Positions 52,205 to 63,905 of a stretch of 64,000 nucleotides of DNA are shown here, piece after piece. The position numbers and the translations under genes were made by a program. The first letter of the stretch is position 1, and each line of letters opens with the position of its first letter. Source of the DNA: Leptogorgia sarmentosa (Eukaryota); contig OZ210885.1 of the NCBI GenBank assembly GCA_964658305.1, positions 7,750,001 through 7,814,000 on the forward strand. Reading direction: 5' to 3'. The notes under the pieces were generated by a model that had not been told where the DNA came from, searched no databases, and saw nothing but the letters and a program-made list of their open reading frames with translations.

Positions 52205-52863
52205 ATATTCTTAAATATCCCTAATTATACTTAGTTTTAATAATTTTATCTACTATCTAAATATAACTCTAGTAATACTCTGAGCCTATAAATATTGTGA
52301 TTATGTAAATACATAGCCATTAATATAGTCAATGTTGTAAATATAGTAATTTAACATAGCCTTAGTAATACCATGCATGGACTCGTTAATTCAGTGTAAA
52401 TTACTGCAAGAGAGTTCCAATAAACATCAAATTACCACAAAGAGTAAATCTTTTCTTACAGACATCACATTCATATGGCTTTTCTTCTGTTTCTTTCTTT
52501 TCATCGATCCTGTCATCTTTTGCCAGCTTCACACTTTTCCTAGGCATGTTGAGCTTGGGGATTTTTGTCTGCTTTCGCGCTCTTAAACCCGAAGTAAAAT
52601 TTTAACTAAAAATGATCCACCGTATCCTTGGATCTTCCTTTAGCAAATGTATTAAAGAGTTTCCCTCTTGAAGAAAGTTTAACCACAGAAAAAGCAAATT
52701 ATCGACGAAGTTGAGGCAATATAGTCAACCATTACATTGAAAATATGGCCGAAAAATTCCCGCGTGTTTCCACTTAACATCAAGAAATTCTCGATTGTCA
52801 AATTGTGAGCGGTTTTATTTTGCAACAAATAGAATTCAGGGGAAGGCAATGCTGCGAAGTTTG

Positions 52864-52870
<7 letters not shown>

Positions 52871-52898
<28 letters not shown>
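52871..52898. repeat. (TG)n microsatellite; mirror (CA)n at 57897-57927
   Basis: Seen directly; the arms differ by one unit. Confidence 0.95.
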
Positions 52899-52903
<5 letters not shown>

Positions 52904-53962
52904 CTGGTGTAGCAAATACAAATTCCAAATGTAATAATACGTATTTCAAAAACATTTTGTTTTACTAACAACATTACAAAATATTAAAGTGGAAGTCTAC
53001 TCGGTGTTGTAAACAAAAGCTTTGAACTGCAAAATTAAAATATGAAAATCTAACTAACACTGTTTTTGTTTGCTACATGCTTATAAAGGAATGTAAACCA
53101 GAGGTTGAATTGAGAAAAAGTGTGAAAAGTGCGGAATTTTGGAACTTTAACATTAACTTTTACATTTGAGGACTTTCCTTTGTTATGCGCAGAACCACTG
53201 CGCATTGCGCAGAACGGGTTTGACTTCCACTTCGGGAAATTTCTCGGGGAAAACCAACTTGTTGTTTCTAGTAAATTTTTGTCCAAAACAAATTCATTAT
53301 TAATTGTAAGTAAAATTCTTGGAACAAGATGATCATTATTCTTGTTTTGAGTTAATGGTGAAATGCTTTTGCTAAAACAATCACTCCAAGTGATCGGTTA
53401 CTATTACGTAGAAATTTGTTTCTATGTTTTGTTATTATCACAGTTGATCAAATACACAGTATTTTTGATTTTGGCATAATTTTTTTTCAAGGCTTAAAAC
53501 CAGAAATTGTTTCCAATTACTTATTGCATGACACTGAAAGTTCACAAAACGTTTTCGTTGCTCAATTTTGTCGCCCTATGGCCAAGTTCGGACGTTGAAC
53601 ATTTCGCGTTTCCAATCTAATGGGAATGCTCTCAATGTTTGTTTTGATTGCATTTCTATCACCGTTTGACACGTCGAAAGTTCAACAACCAGGGAAATAG
53701 TCTCAGTCATGAGAAAAACATTTTTTCTGATTTAATAATATTTACAATTTATTGAAAAAACATCCTACAACAATAAAAAAATATCAAACAATCCCAAATG
53801 AAACAATTTATAAGCAGAGTAGCATCGCTTTAAATTGTGCGACACACCTCATATTAACATGTCCACCTAATATTGCCCAAATCAAAGTCAAAATTCTGGC
53901 TTTGTTTCTAATACCATACATCATAAGCCTATTTACAATTTTGGTTTGTCGCAGAACACTTT

Positions 53963-54682
53963 TCAAGCTGTAACCACTTGATGTTGTGCACTGATGTGGT
54001 TTTCTACATCAACTGCAATTTCAAGCTCGGCATCGCAAATACAACAGATATACCCAATGCCAGTTGCTTCTGTTGCTTCTAATTGTTGACACACATCACA
54101 TTTGTATAAAATGCCATGGTCATTGCTCTTGTGTTGGCTTAAACTTTGAACATCAGGGAACTGTTTGTCACATTTATCACAATCATAATCATCATTACTC
54201 AAAGCCTCATTTCCATGTGTTTGGACATCAGTTTGGATTATTTCTCTCCCACAAATGCTGCATAATACAAGCTCACCATTCTTGAAATGTGATTCCTTAT
54301 GAAGTTACAAACTTAGTTCGTCTGTAAATATTGCCTTGCATACATCACACTGAGAATATTGGTTCTCTCCTGCGTGGGCTCTTTTATGTCTTGCCAAATC
54401 ACCAGATTGATTAAACCTCTTGTTGGAGACATCACATTCAAAAAGCTTTTCTCCTGTGTGGGTTCTTTTATGTTTTGATAAGTTACCAGAGTGATTAAAC
54501 CTCTTGTTGCAGACATCACATTCATAAGGTTTCTCCCCCGTGTGGGATCTTTTATGCCTTGTCAGGCTACCACAGTGAGCAAATCTTTTCTTACAGACAT
54601 CACATTCATATGGCTTTTCTTCTGTTTCTTTCTTTTCATCGATCCTGTCATATTTTGCCAGCTTCACACTTTTCCTAGGCAT
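53963..54682 (-). pseudogene. C2H2 zinc-finger gene copy 2 (in-frame TAA at 54305-54307; Cys-to-Ser in finger 3)
   Basis: ORFs 54305-54682 and 53963-54202 are in frame; HTGEKPY linkers. Confidence 0.85.
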
Positions 54683-54930
54683 GTTGAGCTTGGGGATTTT
54701 TGTCTGCTTTCGCGTTCTTAAACCCGAAGTAAAATTTTAACTAAAAATGATCCACCGTATCCTTGGATCTTCCTTTAGCAAATGTATTAAAGAGTTTCCC
54801 TCTTGAAGAAAGTTTAACCACAGAAAAAGCGAATTATCGACGAAGTTGAGGCAATACAATCAACCGTAATATTGAAAGTATGGCCGAAAAATTTCCGCGT
54901 GTTTCCACTTAACATCAAGAAAATCTCAAT

Positions 54931-55182
54931 CACAGAGAATATATGATACAGAGATATAGATATAACTGGTGTCAATCAATATGAATAAACTCGCATTTCC
55001 ACGTACCCATTTTTTTTCAATGCGATCGGCAAGAAATGATCAACTGCGCATGCTTGGCAAGTTTAAATTTAGTCGTCATCAGGTCGTCATCCAATCAGAT
55101 GCACGCATCTAGTAACTTGCCGAGCATGCGCACAAAAATAGTGGGTACAACAGTTACACCTGTGTATGAAATATACTCTGTG
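54931..55182. mobile_element. Small TIR element (CACAGAG ends); mirror copy at 55967-56218
   Basis: cacagagaatatat ... atatactctgtg flanked by tctcaat/tctcgat; empty paralogous site at ~52785-52800. Confidence 0.8.
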
Positions 55183-55271
55183 TCTCGATTATCAAATTGT
55201 GCGCCGTTTCCGTTTTGCAACACAAAACCAGTGAGCTACTTAAGAAATAGAAAACATTTTCCGTGTTTCTA

Positions 55272-55877
55272 TTTACCAATTAGATTACGAGCTCGAGATT
55301 TATATGAGGTGATAGTTGATGAGGGCGAAGCCGGAATCAACTATCATCTCGTAGAAATCGAGAGCAAGTAATCTAATTCTTTTAGTAGAATCAGAGATCA
55401 AAAATGAAAATATTGCAAAAAATAATTTAAAAACGCGTCTCAGAAGACATTTTCTTGAACGATAATAATTCACATATTTTGCTACTCGCTCTCTATCGAG
55501 GAATAGATAGTGAGTAGAGTAACCAATCAAATTGCAGCATGTGCAATAGTATACGAGTATGATTCTACTTAAGAGTATTAGTAGAATCATACTCGTATAC
55601 TATTGCAAATGCTGCAATTTGATTTGCTACTCTACTCGCTATCTATTCCTCGATAGATAGCGAGTAGCAAAATATGTGAATTATTATCGTTCAAGAAAAT
55701 GTCTTCTGAGAGGCGTTTTTAAATTATTTTTTGCAATATTTTCATTTTTGATCTCTGATTCTACTAAAACAATTAGATTACTTGCTCTCGATTTCTACGA
55801 GATGATAGTTGATTCCGGCTTCGCCCTCATCAACTATCACCTCATAGAAATCTCGAGCTCGTAATCTAATTGGTAAA
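55272..55877. mobile_element. Two head-to-head hairpin + subterminal-IR elements (Crypton-like or Helentron-like) forming the palindrome centre
   Basis: Each has an IR pair agtagaatc / gattctact and a ~100-bp terminal hairpin with apex gggcgaagccgg. Confidence 0.75.
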
Positions 55878-56412
55878 TAGAAACACGGAAAATGTTTTCT
55901 ATTTCTTAAGTAGCTCACTGGTTTTGTGTTGCAAAACGGAAACGGCGCACAACTTGATAATCGAGACACAGAGTATATTTCATACACAGGTGTAACTGTT
56001 GTACCCACTATTTTTGTGCGCATGCTCGGCAAGTTACTAGATGCGTGCATCTGATTGGATGACGACCTGATGACGACTAAATTTAAACTTGCCAAGCATG
56101 CGCAGTTGATCATTTCTTGTCGATAGCATTGAAAAAAAATGGGTACGTGGAAATGCGAGTTTATTCATATTGATTGACACCTGTTATATCTATATCTCTG
56201 TATCATATATTCTCTGTGATTCAGATTTTCTTGATGTTAAGTGGAAACACGCGGAAATTTTTCGGCCATACTTTCAATATTACGGTTGATTGTATTGCCT
56301 CAACTTCGTCGATAATTCGCTTTTTCTGTGGTTAAACTTTCTTCAAGAGGGAAACTCTTTAATACATTTGCTAAAGGAAGATCCAAGGATACGGTGGATC
56401 ATTTTTAGTTAA

Positions 56413-56833
<421 letters not shown>

Positions 56834-57892
56834 AAAGTGTTCTGCGACAAACCAAAATTGTAAATAGGCTTATGATGTATGGTATTAGAAACAAAGCCAG
56901 AATTTTGACTTTGATTTGGGCAATATTAGGTGGACATGTTAATATGAGGTGTGTCGCACAATTTAAAGCGATGCTACTCTGCTTATAAATTGTTTCATTT
57001 GGGATTGTTTGATATTTTTTTATTGTTGTAGGATGTTTTTTCAATAAATTGTAAATATTATTAAATCAGAAAAAATGTTTTTCTCATGACTGAGACTATT
57101 TCCCTGGTTGTTGAACTTTCGACGTGTCAAACGGTGATAGAAATGCAATCAAAACAAACATTGAGAGCATTCCCATTAGATTGGAAACGCGAAATGTTCA
57201 ACGTCCGAACTTGGCCATAGGGCGACAAAATTGAGCAACGAAAACGTTTTGTGAACTTTCAGTGTCATGCAATAAGTAATTGGAAACAATTTCTGGTTTT
57301 AAGCCTTGAAAAAAAATTATGCCAAAATCAAAAATACTGTGTATTTGATCAACTGTGATAATAACAAAACATAGAAACAAATTTCTACGTAATAGTAACC
57401 GATCACTTGGAGTGATTGTTTTAGCAAAAGCATTTCACCATTAACTCAAAACAAGAATAATGATCATCTTGTTCCAAGAATTTTACTTACAATTAATAAT
57501 GAATTTGTTTTGGACAAAAATTTACTAGAAACAACAAGTTGGTTTTCCCCGAGAAATTTCCCGAAGTGGAAGTCAAACCCGTTCTGCGCAATGCGCAGTG
57601 GTTCTGCGCATAACAAAGGAAAGTCCTCAAATGTAAAAGTTAATGTTAAAATTCCAAAATTCCGCACTTTTCACACTTTTTCTCAATTCAACCTCTGGTT
57701 TACATTCCTTTATAAGCATGTAGCAAACAAAAACAGTGTTAGTTAGATTTTCATATTTTAATTTTGCAGTTCAAAGCTTTTGTTTACAACACCGAGTAGA
57801 CTTCCACTTTAATATTTTGTAATGTTGTTAGTAAAACAAAATGTTTTTGAAATACGTATTATTACATTTGGAATTTGTATTTGCTACACCAG

Positions 57893-57934
<42 letters not shown>

Positions 57935-58250
57935 CAAACTTCGCAGCATTGCCTTCCCCTGAATTCTATTTGTTGCAAAATAAAACCGCTCACAATTTGA
58001 CAATCGAGAATTTCTTGATGTTAAGTGGAAACACGCGGGAATTTTTCGGCCATATTTTCAATGTAATGGTTGACTATATTGCCTCAACTTCGTCGATAAT
58101 TTGCTTTTTCTGTGGTTAAACTTTCTTCAAGAGGGAAACTCTTTAATACATTTGCTAAAGGAAGATCCAAGGATACGGTGGATCATTTTTAGTTAAAATT
58201 TTACTTCGGGTTTAAGAGCGCGAAAGCAGACAAAAATCCCCAAGCTCAAC

Positions 58251-58958
58251 ATGCCTAGGAAAAGTGTGAAGCTGGCAAAAGATGACAGGATCGATGAAAA
58301 GAAAGAAACAGAAGAAAAGCCATATGAATGTGATGTCTGTAAGAAAAGATTTACTCTTTGTGGTAGCCTGACAAGGCATAAAAGATCCCACACGGGGGAG
58401 AAACCTTATGAATGTGATGTCTGCAACAAGAGGTTTAATCACTCTGGTAACTTATCAAAACATAAAAGAACCCACACAGGAGAAAAGCTTTTTGAATGTG
58501 ATGTCTGCAACAAGAGGTTTAATCAATCTGGTGATTTGGCAAGACATAAAAGAGCCCACGCAGGAGAGAACCAATATTCTCAGTGTGATGTATGCAAGGC
58601 AATATTTACAGACGAACTAAGTTTGTAACTTCATAAGGAATCACATTTCAAGAATGGTGAGCTTGTATTATGCAGCATTTGTGGGAGAGAAATAATCCAA
58701 ACTGATGTCCAAACACATGGAAATGAGGCTTTGAGTAATGATGATTATGATTGTGATAAATGTGACAAACAGTTCCCTGATGTTCAAAGTTTAAGCCAAC
58801 ACAGGAGCAGTGACCATGGCATATTATACAAATGCGATGTTTGTCAGGAATTAGAAGCAACAGAAGCAACTGTCATTGGGTCTATCTGTTGTATTTGCGA
58901 TGCAGAATTTGAAATTGCAGTTGATCTCGAAAACCACTTCAATACACATAACTATTGA
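58251..58958 (+). CDS. Intronless C2H2 zinc-finger protein, copy 4 (125 aa, 3 fingers; 235 codons if TAA 58626-58628 is read through)
   Basis: CxxC-x12-HxxxH x3 with TGEKPY/TGEKLF linkers; the frame continues past the TAA to complete finger 4 and add further C2H2 motifs, ending in TGA. Confidence 0.8.
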
Positions 58959-59495
58959 CGGTTTCTGCCTTGAAACTTGTGGTTAAGCAACATGTTGTAC
59001 ATTGGTTGCCATTATGTTACTAAGTTGACAGATATTTTTGATTTTTCATGCCATTGATATTTATGGAAGGTTTTTAGTGGTAATTTTGATTGCCTTTGCC
59101 AATTTCAATTCTAGAATGTTGTTTTTCAGTTTTGAAAATTTGTATATCATTACTATATTTAAGTAATTAAAAACTAATTGTTAAAAAGTAATATTATAGC
59201 CGGCGAATGGGCATGCTATGGAAATCAAGAATTTGTTTTCGTTAAGTGGAAACACGCGAAATTTTTTGGCGCCATTTTGGTGATTTCAAAATTTCAAAAA
59301 TACCGACATTTGATTGGTTATTTAAATCGCCCATACCAATCAGCGTTCGTAGTTTTTTGTTTGTCGTGCATCCGCTGACCGTTCCCTATTTCTATTGTGT
59401 TACAAAAAAAACTCGCGAAAACGGGCATGCTCTTGGAACGTGATTGTTCACATATTCAATATTTTCGAGGCCAAAATTTTAAAGACTTTGCATAA

Positions 59496-59577
59496 CGTAG
59501 TCGGCAGGATTTGAACCTGCGCGGGAAACTCCCAACAGATTTCTAGTCTGTGGCCTTAACCGCTCGGCTACGACTAC
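59496..59577 (-). tRNA. tRNA-Ser(AGA)
   Basis: Inverted paralogue of 44518-44599 with 3 substitutions. Confidence 0.82.
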
Positions 59578-59891
59578 GTTGCTACAACCAACAGGTTTCA
59601 CGTTGTTCATTAATGAACATTCACATCCATCTACAACACACTCTCAGCGCTACACTCTGAACAATAGAAACTTTCTATTTTGAGGTCTTACTCAAAACTC
59701 ACTTGTGCAAGTTAATTCCAAATTCCACTCTAAACCATTCTATTAGCAATACCTTTTTTTTTCTAACGTAGTGAAATGGTTGAAAGATATGAAACTTTAA
59801 CTAAAATATATAGAATGCTACCTATCTGTGCAGGAACATGCCTGAATTTGCCTGAAGCCACATTTTACCTCCAAACAAGGGCGTCAACTTT

Positions 59892-59962
59892 GCGTTGGTG
59901 GTTCAGTGGTAGAATTCTCACTTGCCACCCTTGAGACCGGGTCTTGATTCACAGGAAACGCA
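59892..59962 (+). pseudogene. tRNA-Gly(GCC) pseudogene
   Basis: Same degenerate 3' half as 44126-44196. Confidence 0.75.
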
Positions 59963-60046
59963 GAATGTTTTCATTTTGTTGCATTTCAATTGCAACTCGA
60001 GAAAAAATGTGGGTTCGTAACACAGAGATGATCGTGATATTGTAAC

Positions 60047-60118
60047 TCCCATGTGGTCTAGTGGTTAGTATGTGGCGTTTTCACCGCCATGGCCCGGGTT
60101 CGATTCCCGGCGTGGGAA
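60047..60118 (+). tRNA. tRNA-Glu(TTC)
   Basis: tcccatgtggtctagtggttagtatgtggcgttTTCaccgccatggcccgggttcgattcccggcgtgggaa. Confidence 0.8.
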
Positions 60119-60653
60119 ATTTTTCTGACAATTTCTATTTGGAACAGTTTGTCTTCACATATTCAAACACGCCCAAGACTGGGGTTAGATTCCCGGCTAA
60201 CGCAGAATATTATCATTCTGACGAGTTTAAATTTCAAATGCAACACGAGAAAAACGTAGATTTGTAACACAGACATAATCTAATTATTTATCCAGGATAG
60301 TAAAATTAATATTTTCTGATATCACCGTCTCTTATGAAAACTATTTGATAGCCGCAAACTATTTGATTGTGGACAGAGTTTTTGCATTGGTTTATTAATA
60401 CTTGATTTTTACTCTTTACAATTTTATTGGGAAAATTAGCTCTTAACAGAATATCCCTTTAGGAATTAATTTTACAAGCTCCCCTTCGCATTAATTTCGT
60501 TCTTGGATCAATTTGTTTCAATTAACTCTGGATAAAAAAAAGGAAGGCGCAAGAGAAAGGTAATAAAATTCGCAGCATTTGTAAAATATTCAAATGTTAA
60601 AATAGGTTCTCGTGAGTTTAAATCAATCGCAACGTCCATGAACAACGAAAATT

Positions 60654-60735
60654 TGGCAGCGGTGGGATTCGAACCCACGTCATCGAAATGACTGGTGCCT
60701 TAAACCAGCGCCTTAGACCACTCGGCCACGCTACC
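60654..60735 (-). tRNA. tRNA-Leu(AAG)
   Basis: ggtagcgtggccgagtggtctaaggcgctggtttAAGgcaccagtcatttcgatgacgtgggttcgaatcccaccgctgcca. Confidence 0.92.
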
Positions 60736-60860
60736 CTTAACGAGTTGGTTATATGATTCGTGTTTTGAAAATAACCACGTCCAATGAAGAGTGTGCCTTT
60801 TGCTGCGAAAAAAAGGAAGAAACGTTAAACAACTGGGAAGCATTGTCAAGATCGTGGTAA

Positions 60861-60919
60861 GGTTCTGTTGTGTAATGGTTACCACTTTGGACTTCCGAGT
60901 GCAAGTCTCGCCAGAGCCT
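60861..60919 (+). pseudogene. tRNA-Gln pseudogene, deletion starting in the anticodon loop
   Basis: ggttctgttgtgtaatggttaccactttggactt|ccgagtgcaagtctcgccagagcct. Confidence 0.75.
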
Positions 60920-61391
60920 ATTTTGACATTTGAATGTTTTTAAAATGCTGCGAATTTTATTACCTTTCTCTTCCGCCTTCCTTTTTTTAATTCAAAGTTA
61001 ATTGAAACAAATTGATCCAAGAACGAAATTAATGCGAAGGGGAGATTGTAAAATTAATTACTAATGGGAAATTATGACGAGTAAAAGTCAAGAATTTAAA
61101 AAGCAATGCAAAAACTCTGTCCACGATCAAAAGAGTTTGTGGCAATCAAATAGTTTTAGCTAAAAGAGGGTGATATCAGAAAATATTAATTTTTACCATC
61201 CTCTGGTATGGATAAAATTATTACAGTGTATTATGTCTGTGTTACAAAGCTGCGTTTTTTCTAGTGTTGCAATTGAAATTGAAACTCATCAGAACGAAAA
61301 TATTCTGCGTTAGCCGGGAATCTAATCCCAGTCTCGGGCGAGATTGAATATGTGAAGACAAACTGTTCCAATTAGAAATTTTCTGAAAATA

Positions 61392-61463
61392 TTCCCACGC
61401 CGGGAATCGAACCCGGGCCATGGCGGGGAAAAGGCCAGATCCTAACCACTAGACCACATGGGA
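61392..61463 (-). tRNA. tRNA-Glu(TTC), anticodon-arm substitutions
   Basis: Paralogue of 37880-37951; arm reads tggccttTTCcccgcca. Confidence 0.7.
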
Positions 61464-61546
61464 GTTGCAATTTTGATATCATGTCGGGTTACGAACCCAC
61501 ATTTTTTCTCGAGTTGCAATTGAAATGCAACAAAATGAAAACATTC

Positions 61547-61617
61547 TGCGTTTGCTGTGAATCAAGCCCCGGTCTCAAGGGTGGCAGGCGAGAATTCTAC
61601 CACTGAACCACCAACGC
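61547..61617 (-). pseudogene. tRNA-Gly(GCC) pseudogene
   Basis: Direct paralogue of 44126-44196. Confidence 0.75.
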
Positions 61618-61940
61618 AAAGTTGACACGCGTGCCTGGAGGTAAAATGTGGCTTCAGGCAAGTTCAGGCATGTTCCTGCACAGGTAGGTAGCATTCTATA
61701 TATTTTAGTTCAAGTTTCATATCTTTCCACCATTTCACTACGTTTGGAAAAAAAATAAGTATTGCAAATAGAATGGTTTCGAGTGGAATTTGGAATTAAC
61801 TTGCACGAGTGAGTTTTGCAAAGACCTCAAAATAGAAAGTTTCTATTGTTCAGAGTGTAGCGCTGAGAATGTGTACGTCAGTTGTAGATGGATGTGAATG
61901 TTCGTTAATGAACAACGTGAAACCGGTTGGTTGTAGCAAC

Positions 61941-62022
61941 GTAGTCGTGGCCGAGCGGTTAAGGCGACAGACTAGAAATCTGTTGGGAGTTTCCCGCGCA
62001 GGTTCAAATCCTGCCGACTACG
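61941..62022 (+). tRNA. tRNA-Ser(AGA)
   Basis: Complete 82-nt copy with intact A and B boxes. Confidence 0.94.
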
Positions 62023-62326
62023 TTATGCAAAGTCTTTAAAATTTTGGCCTCGAAGATAAACATGAATTGTTTTGGGGAAAAACTCGATGACAGGAAGTTG
62101 TGTTCTCGGTGGTGGGGGCTGAGTGTTTAAAGTGACAGATTCAATGCCCAAGTTTTCCATCTACAAAATCAACGGAAAGAAGTCGCGTTTTTTATTGCAT
62201 TAAGGTTATGAAACATGCCCAAAAAGATTTTGTATTTGAATGTAAAATTGAAAGAACAGAGGTCCGTGAATTGATTATAGCTGCGTTTGAAAGTATATGT
62301 ACGTAATTAACCTAGTCGACTACACA

Positions 62327-62398
62327 GGGAGCGTAGCTCAGTGGTAGAGCATTCGACTGCAGATCGAGAGGTCGGTGGTTCAAACCCGCCCATTCCTT
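62327..62398 (+). tRNA. tRNA-Cys(GCA)
   Basis: gggagcgtagctcagtggtagagcattcgactGCAgatcgagaggtcggtggttcaaacccgcccattcctt. Confidence 0.82.
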
Positions 62399-62664
62399 CT
62401 TATCATACCTATAAACTGGAAACCTTTCAAATTCCTCAAAGCGGGCTGATGGGAAATATGTCACCCAAAGGGTTACGATGTATATGCTACGATTCGTGTT
62501 AAATATATCCACCAATACTTGAAAACTTTCGAATCCTGGTCTCGGCATCAGTGTCAAACAGCAAAAAGTATTGTATTCACGATTACGAGCATCGTCACCG
62601 TTGAAGTTCTGTTTATTATTGCCGTTGGATTTCTTTTCGCATAAAATGAGATTTTTGACCAAAA

Positions 62665-63124
62665 ATAATAAACAGTTATTGGATGAGGCTGAGCATGATA
62701 TCAAGAATTATTCAGACCGAGGTCAATGTTATCTGCCGAAGCGAAGCTGAGGCGGATAACATTGACCGAGGTCTGAACAATTCTTGATATCATGCGAAAG
62801 CCGAATCCAATAATTGTTTTATTATACATTTAAAAGACACGGTAATTTGGAGAGTTCACTTTCATTTAGCGAAGCAAATCTGCTGCTGGCCACTGTTTGT
62901 TTGTTTTTTCGCGCGCTTTTAGCTTCAAGCTTTTGACAGCGCAAGGGCTTGGGCAAGAGAGAGTCCAATAATATTTCTTTTGGATGCAAGTTCGATCCAA
63001 AAAAATAATTATTGGACGCCGATGACGTCATCGGCGGAAAATACGTAAAAAATGCCGAATACTGAGAATTAGCCGGTGCTTTCTGACCAATCAGGAACGA
63101 GAATAAATATTAAATGTATAATAA
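62665..63124. mobile_element. Hairpin + subterminal-IR element, copy 2
   Basis: Highly similar to 27763-28212; empty paralogous site ccaaaaataatatccatta at 45302-45320; AATAATA repeated at both junctions. Confidence 0.85.
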
Positions 63125-63171
63125 TATCCATTATTTTTATATTTCTTTTCGGAAGTTTTTGAATGGAGTCA

Positions 63172-63245
63172 GTCTTTGTGGCGCAATCGGTTAGCGCGTT
63201 CTGCTGTTCACCGAAAGGTTGTTGGTTCGTGTCCAACCAGGGACG
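63172..63245 (+). pseudogene. tRNA-Asn(GTT), degenerate
   Basis: Paralogue of 45359-45432 with anticodon-stem, position 37 and B-box substitutions. Confidence 0.75.
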
Positions 63246-63367
63246 TGTTTGTTGTGATGTTATTCAGACGTCGTGACGGTAAATGTAACCGAAATTTTTG
63301 CGCGAGGTTTTCTAAGGATTTATGGAATCTTTCAAAAAAGAGAACGTCTTACTTGGTTAATTAACTA

Positions 63368-63439
63368 GGGGTTGCACGGGAATCGAACCCGTGACCTCTC
63401 GCACCCAAAGCGAGAATCATACCACTAGACCAGCAAGCC
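63368..63439 (-). tRNA. tRNA-Pro(TGG)
   Basis: ggcttgctggtctagtggtatgattctcgcttTGGgtgcgagaggtcacgggttcgattcccgtgcaacccc. Confidence 0.85.
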
Positions 63440-63659
63440 ATTGGTGGTATGAAAATGTTCTCTAATGTACTTTGTACTGACGAAGAAAAATTTGGGATTA
63501 ATGTAATATCTCAGCCGTTGTTGTAGCATGCAAAGGAGTAAAAAGAGGAAAGTTATAAAAGAAAGTTCAGTAAGAACCTTTTTTAAAAAAGCTATCTTGG
63601 TGCCGATGCAACTTTCGCTGAAAATATTTGAAAACAAAAATATTCATAATGGAAGGCAT

Positions 63660-63905
63660 TATGTACCATTTAAAAAGCGAGCAGGGAAGGCCGCCTTAAG
63701 AAATTGAATGCCGATATTTTTACACAAGATACCCATTGCAGAAATTGTATATAAGTCGTATCGCGAAGGGGGTCCCCCACAATTTTGGAAACACGCTGAT
63801 GTTGTACTAATTCCGAAAAAAGAACCAGTACGTGATGTTATCATGTTAACCGCCACTTTCGGCCCATTTCGCTTAGTGCGGTTATGTCGAAAGTCGCAGA
63901 GGGCT
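63660..63905 (+). mobile_element. Internal LINE reverse-transcriptase fragment
   Basis: PIAEIVYKSYREG..QFWKHADVVLIPK, then after a frameshift HFRPISLSAVMSKVAEG. Confidence 0.8.

Larger units (their letters stand above)
47410..52432 (+). mobile_element. Apparently full-length non-LTR retrotransposon (APE-RT LINE, CR1/L2 group)
   Basis: Boundaries defined by the empty site at ~58345-58380 in the other arm; 4-bp TSD TACC (47406-47409, 52433-52436); ORF1 + ORF2; 3' UTR ends in a stem-loop and AATAAA without a long poly(A). Confidence 0.95.
46813..52547 (-). pseudogene. C2H2 zinc-finger gene copy 1, disrupted by LINE insertion in finger 1
   Basis: ATG at 52547; continues at 47409-46813; mirror of 58251-58958; in-frame TAA at 47143-47145. 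Confidence 0.9.
60635..63520 (+). repeat. Multi-tRNA cassette (Leu-Gln-Glu-Gly-Ser-Cys-Asn-Pro), direct duplicate of ~43120-45700
   Basis: Same gene order and alignable spacers; partial inverted copies at 59466-60610, 40690-41830 and 31900-32390. Confidence 0.9.
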
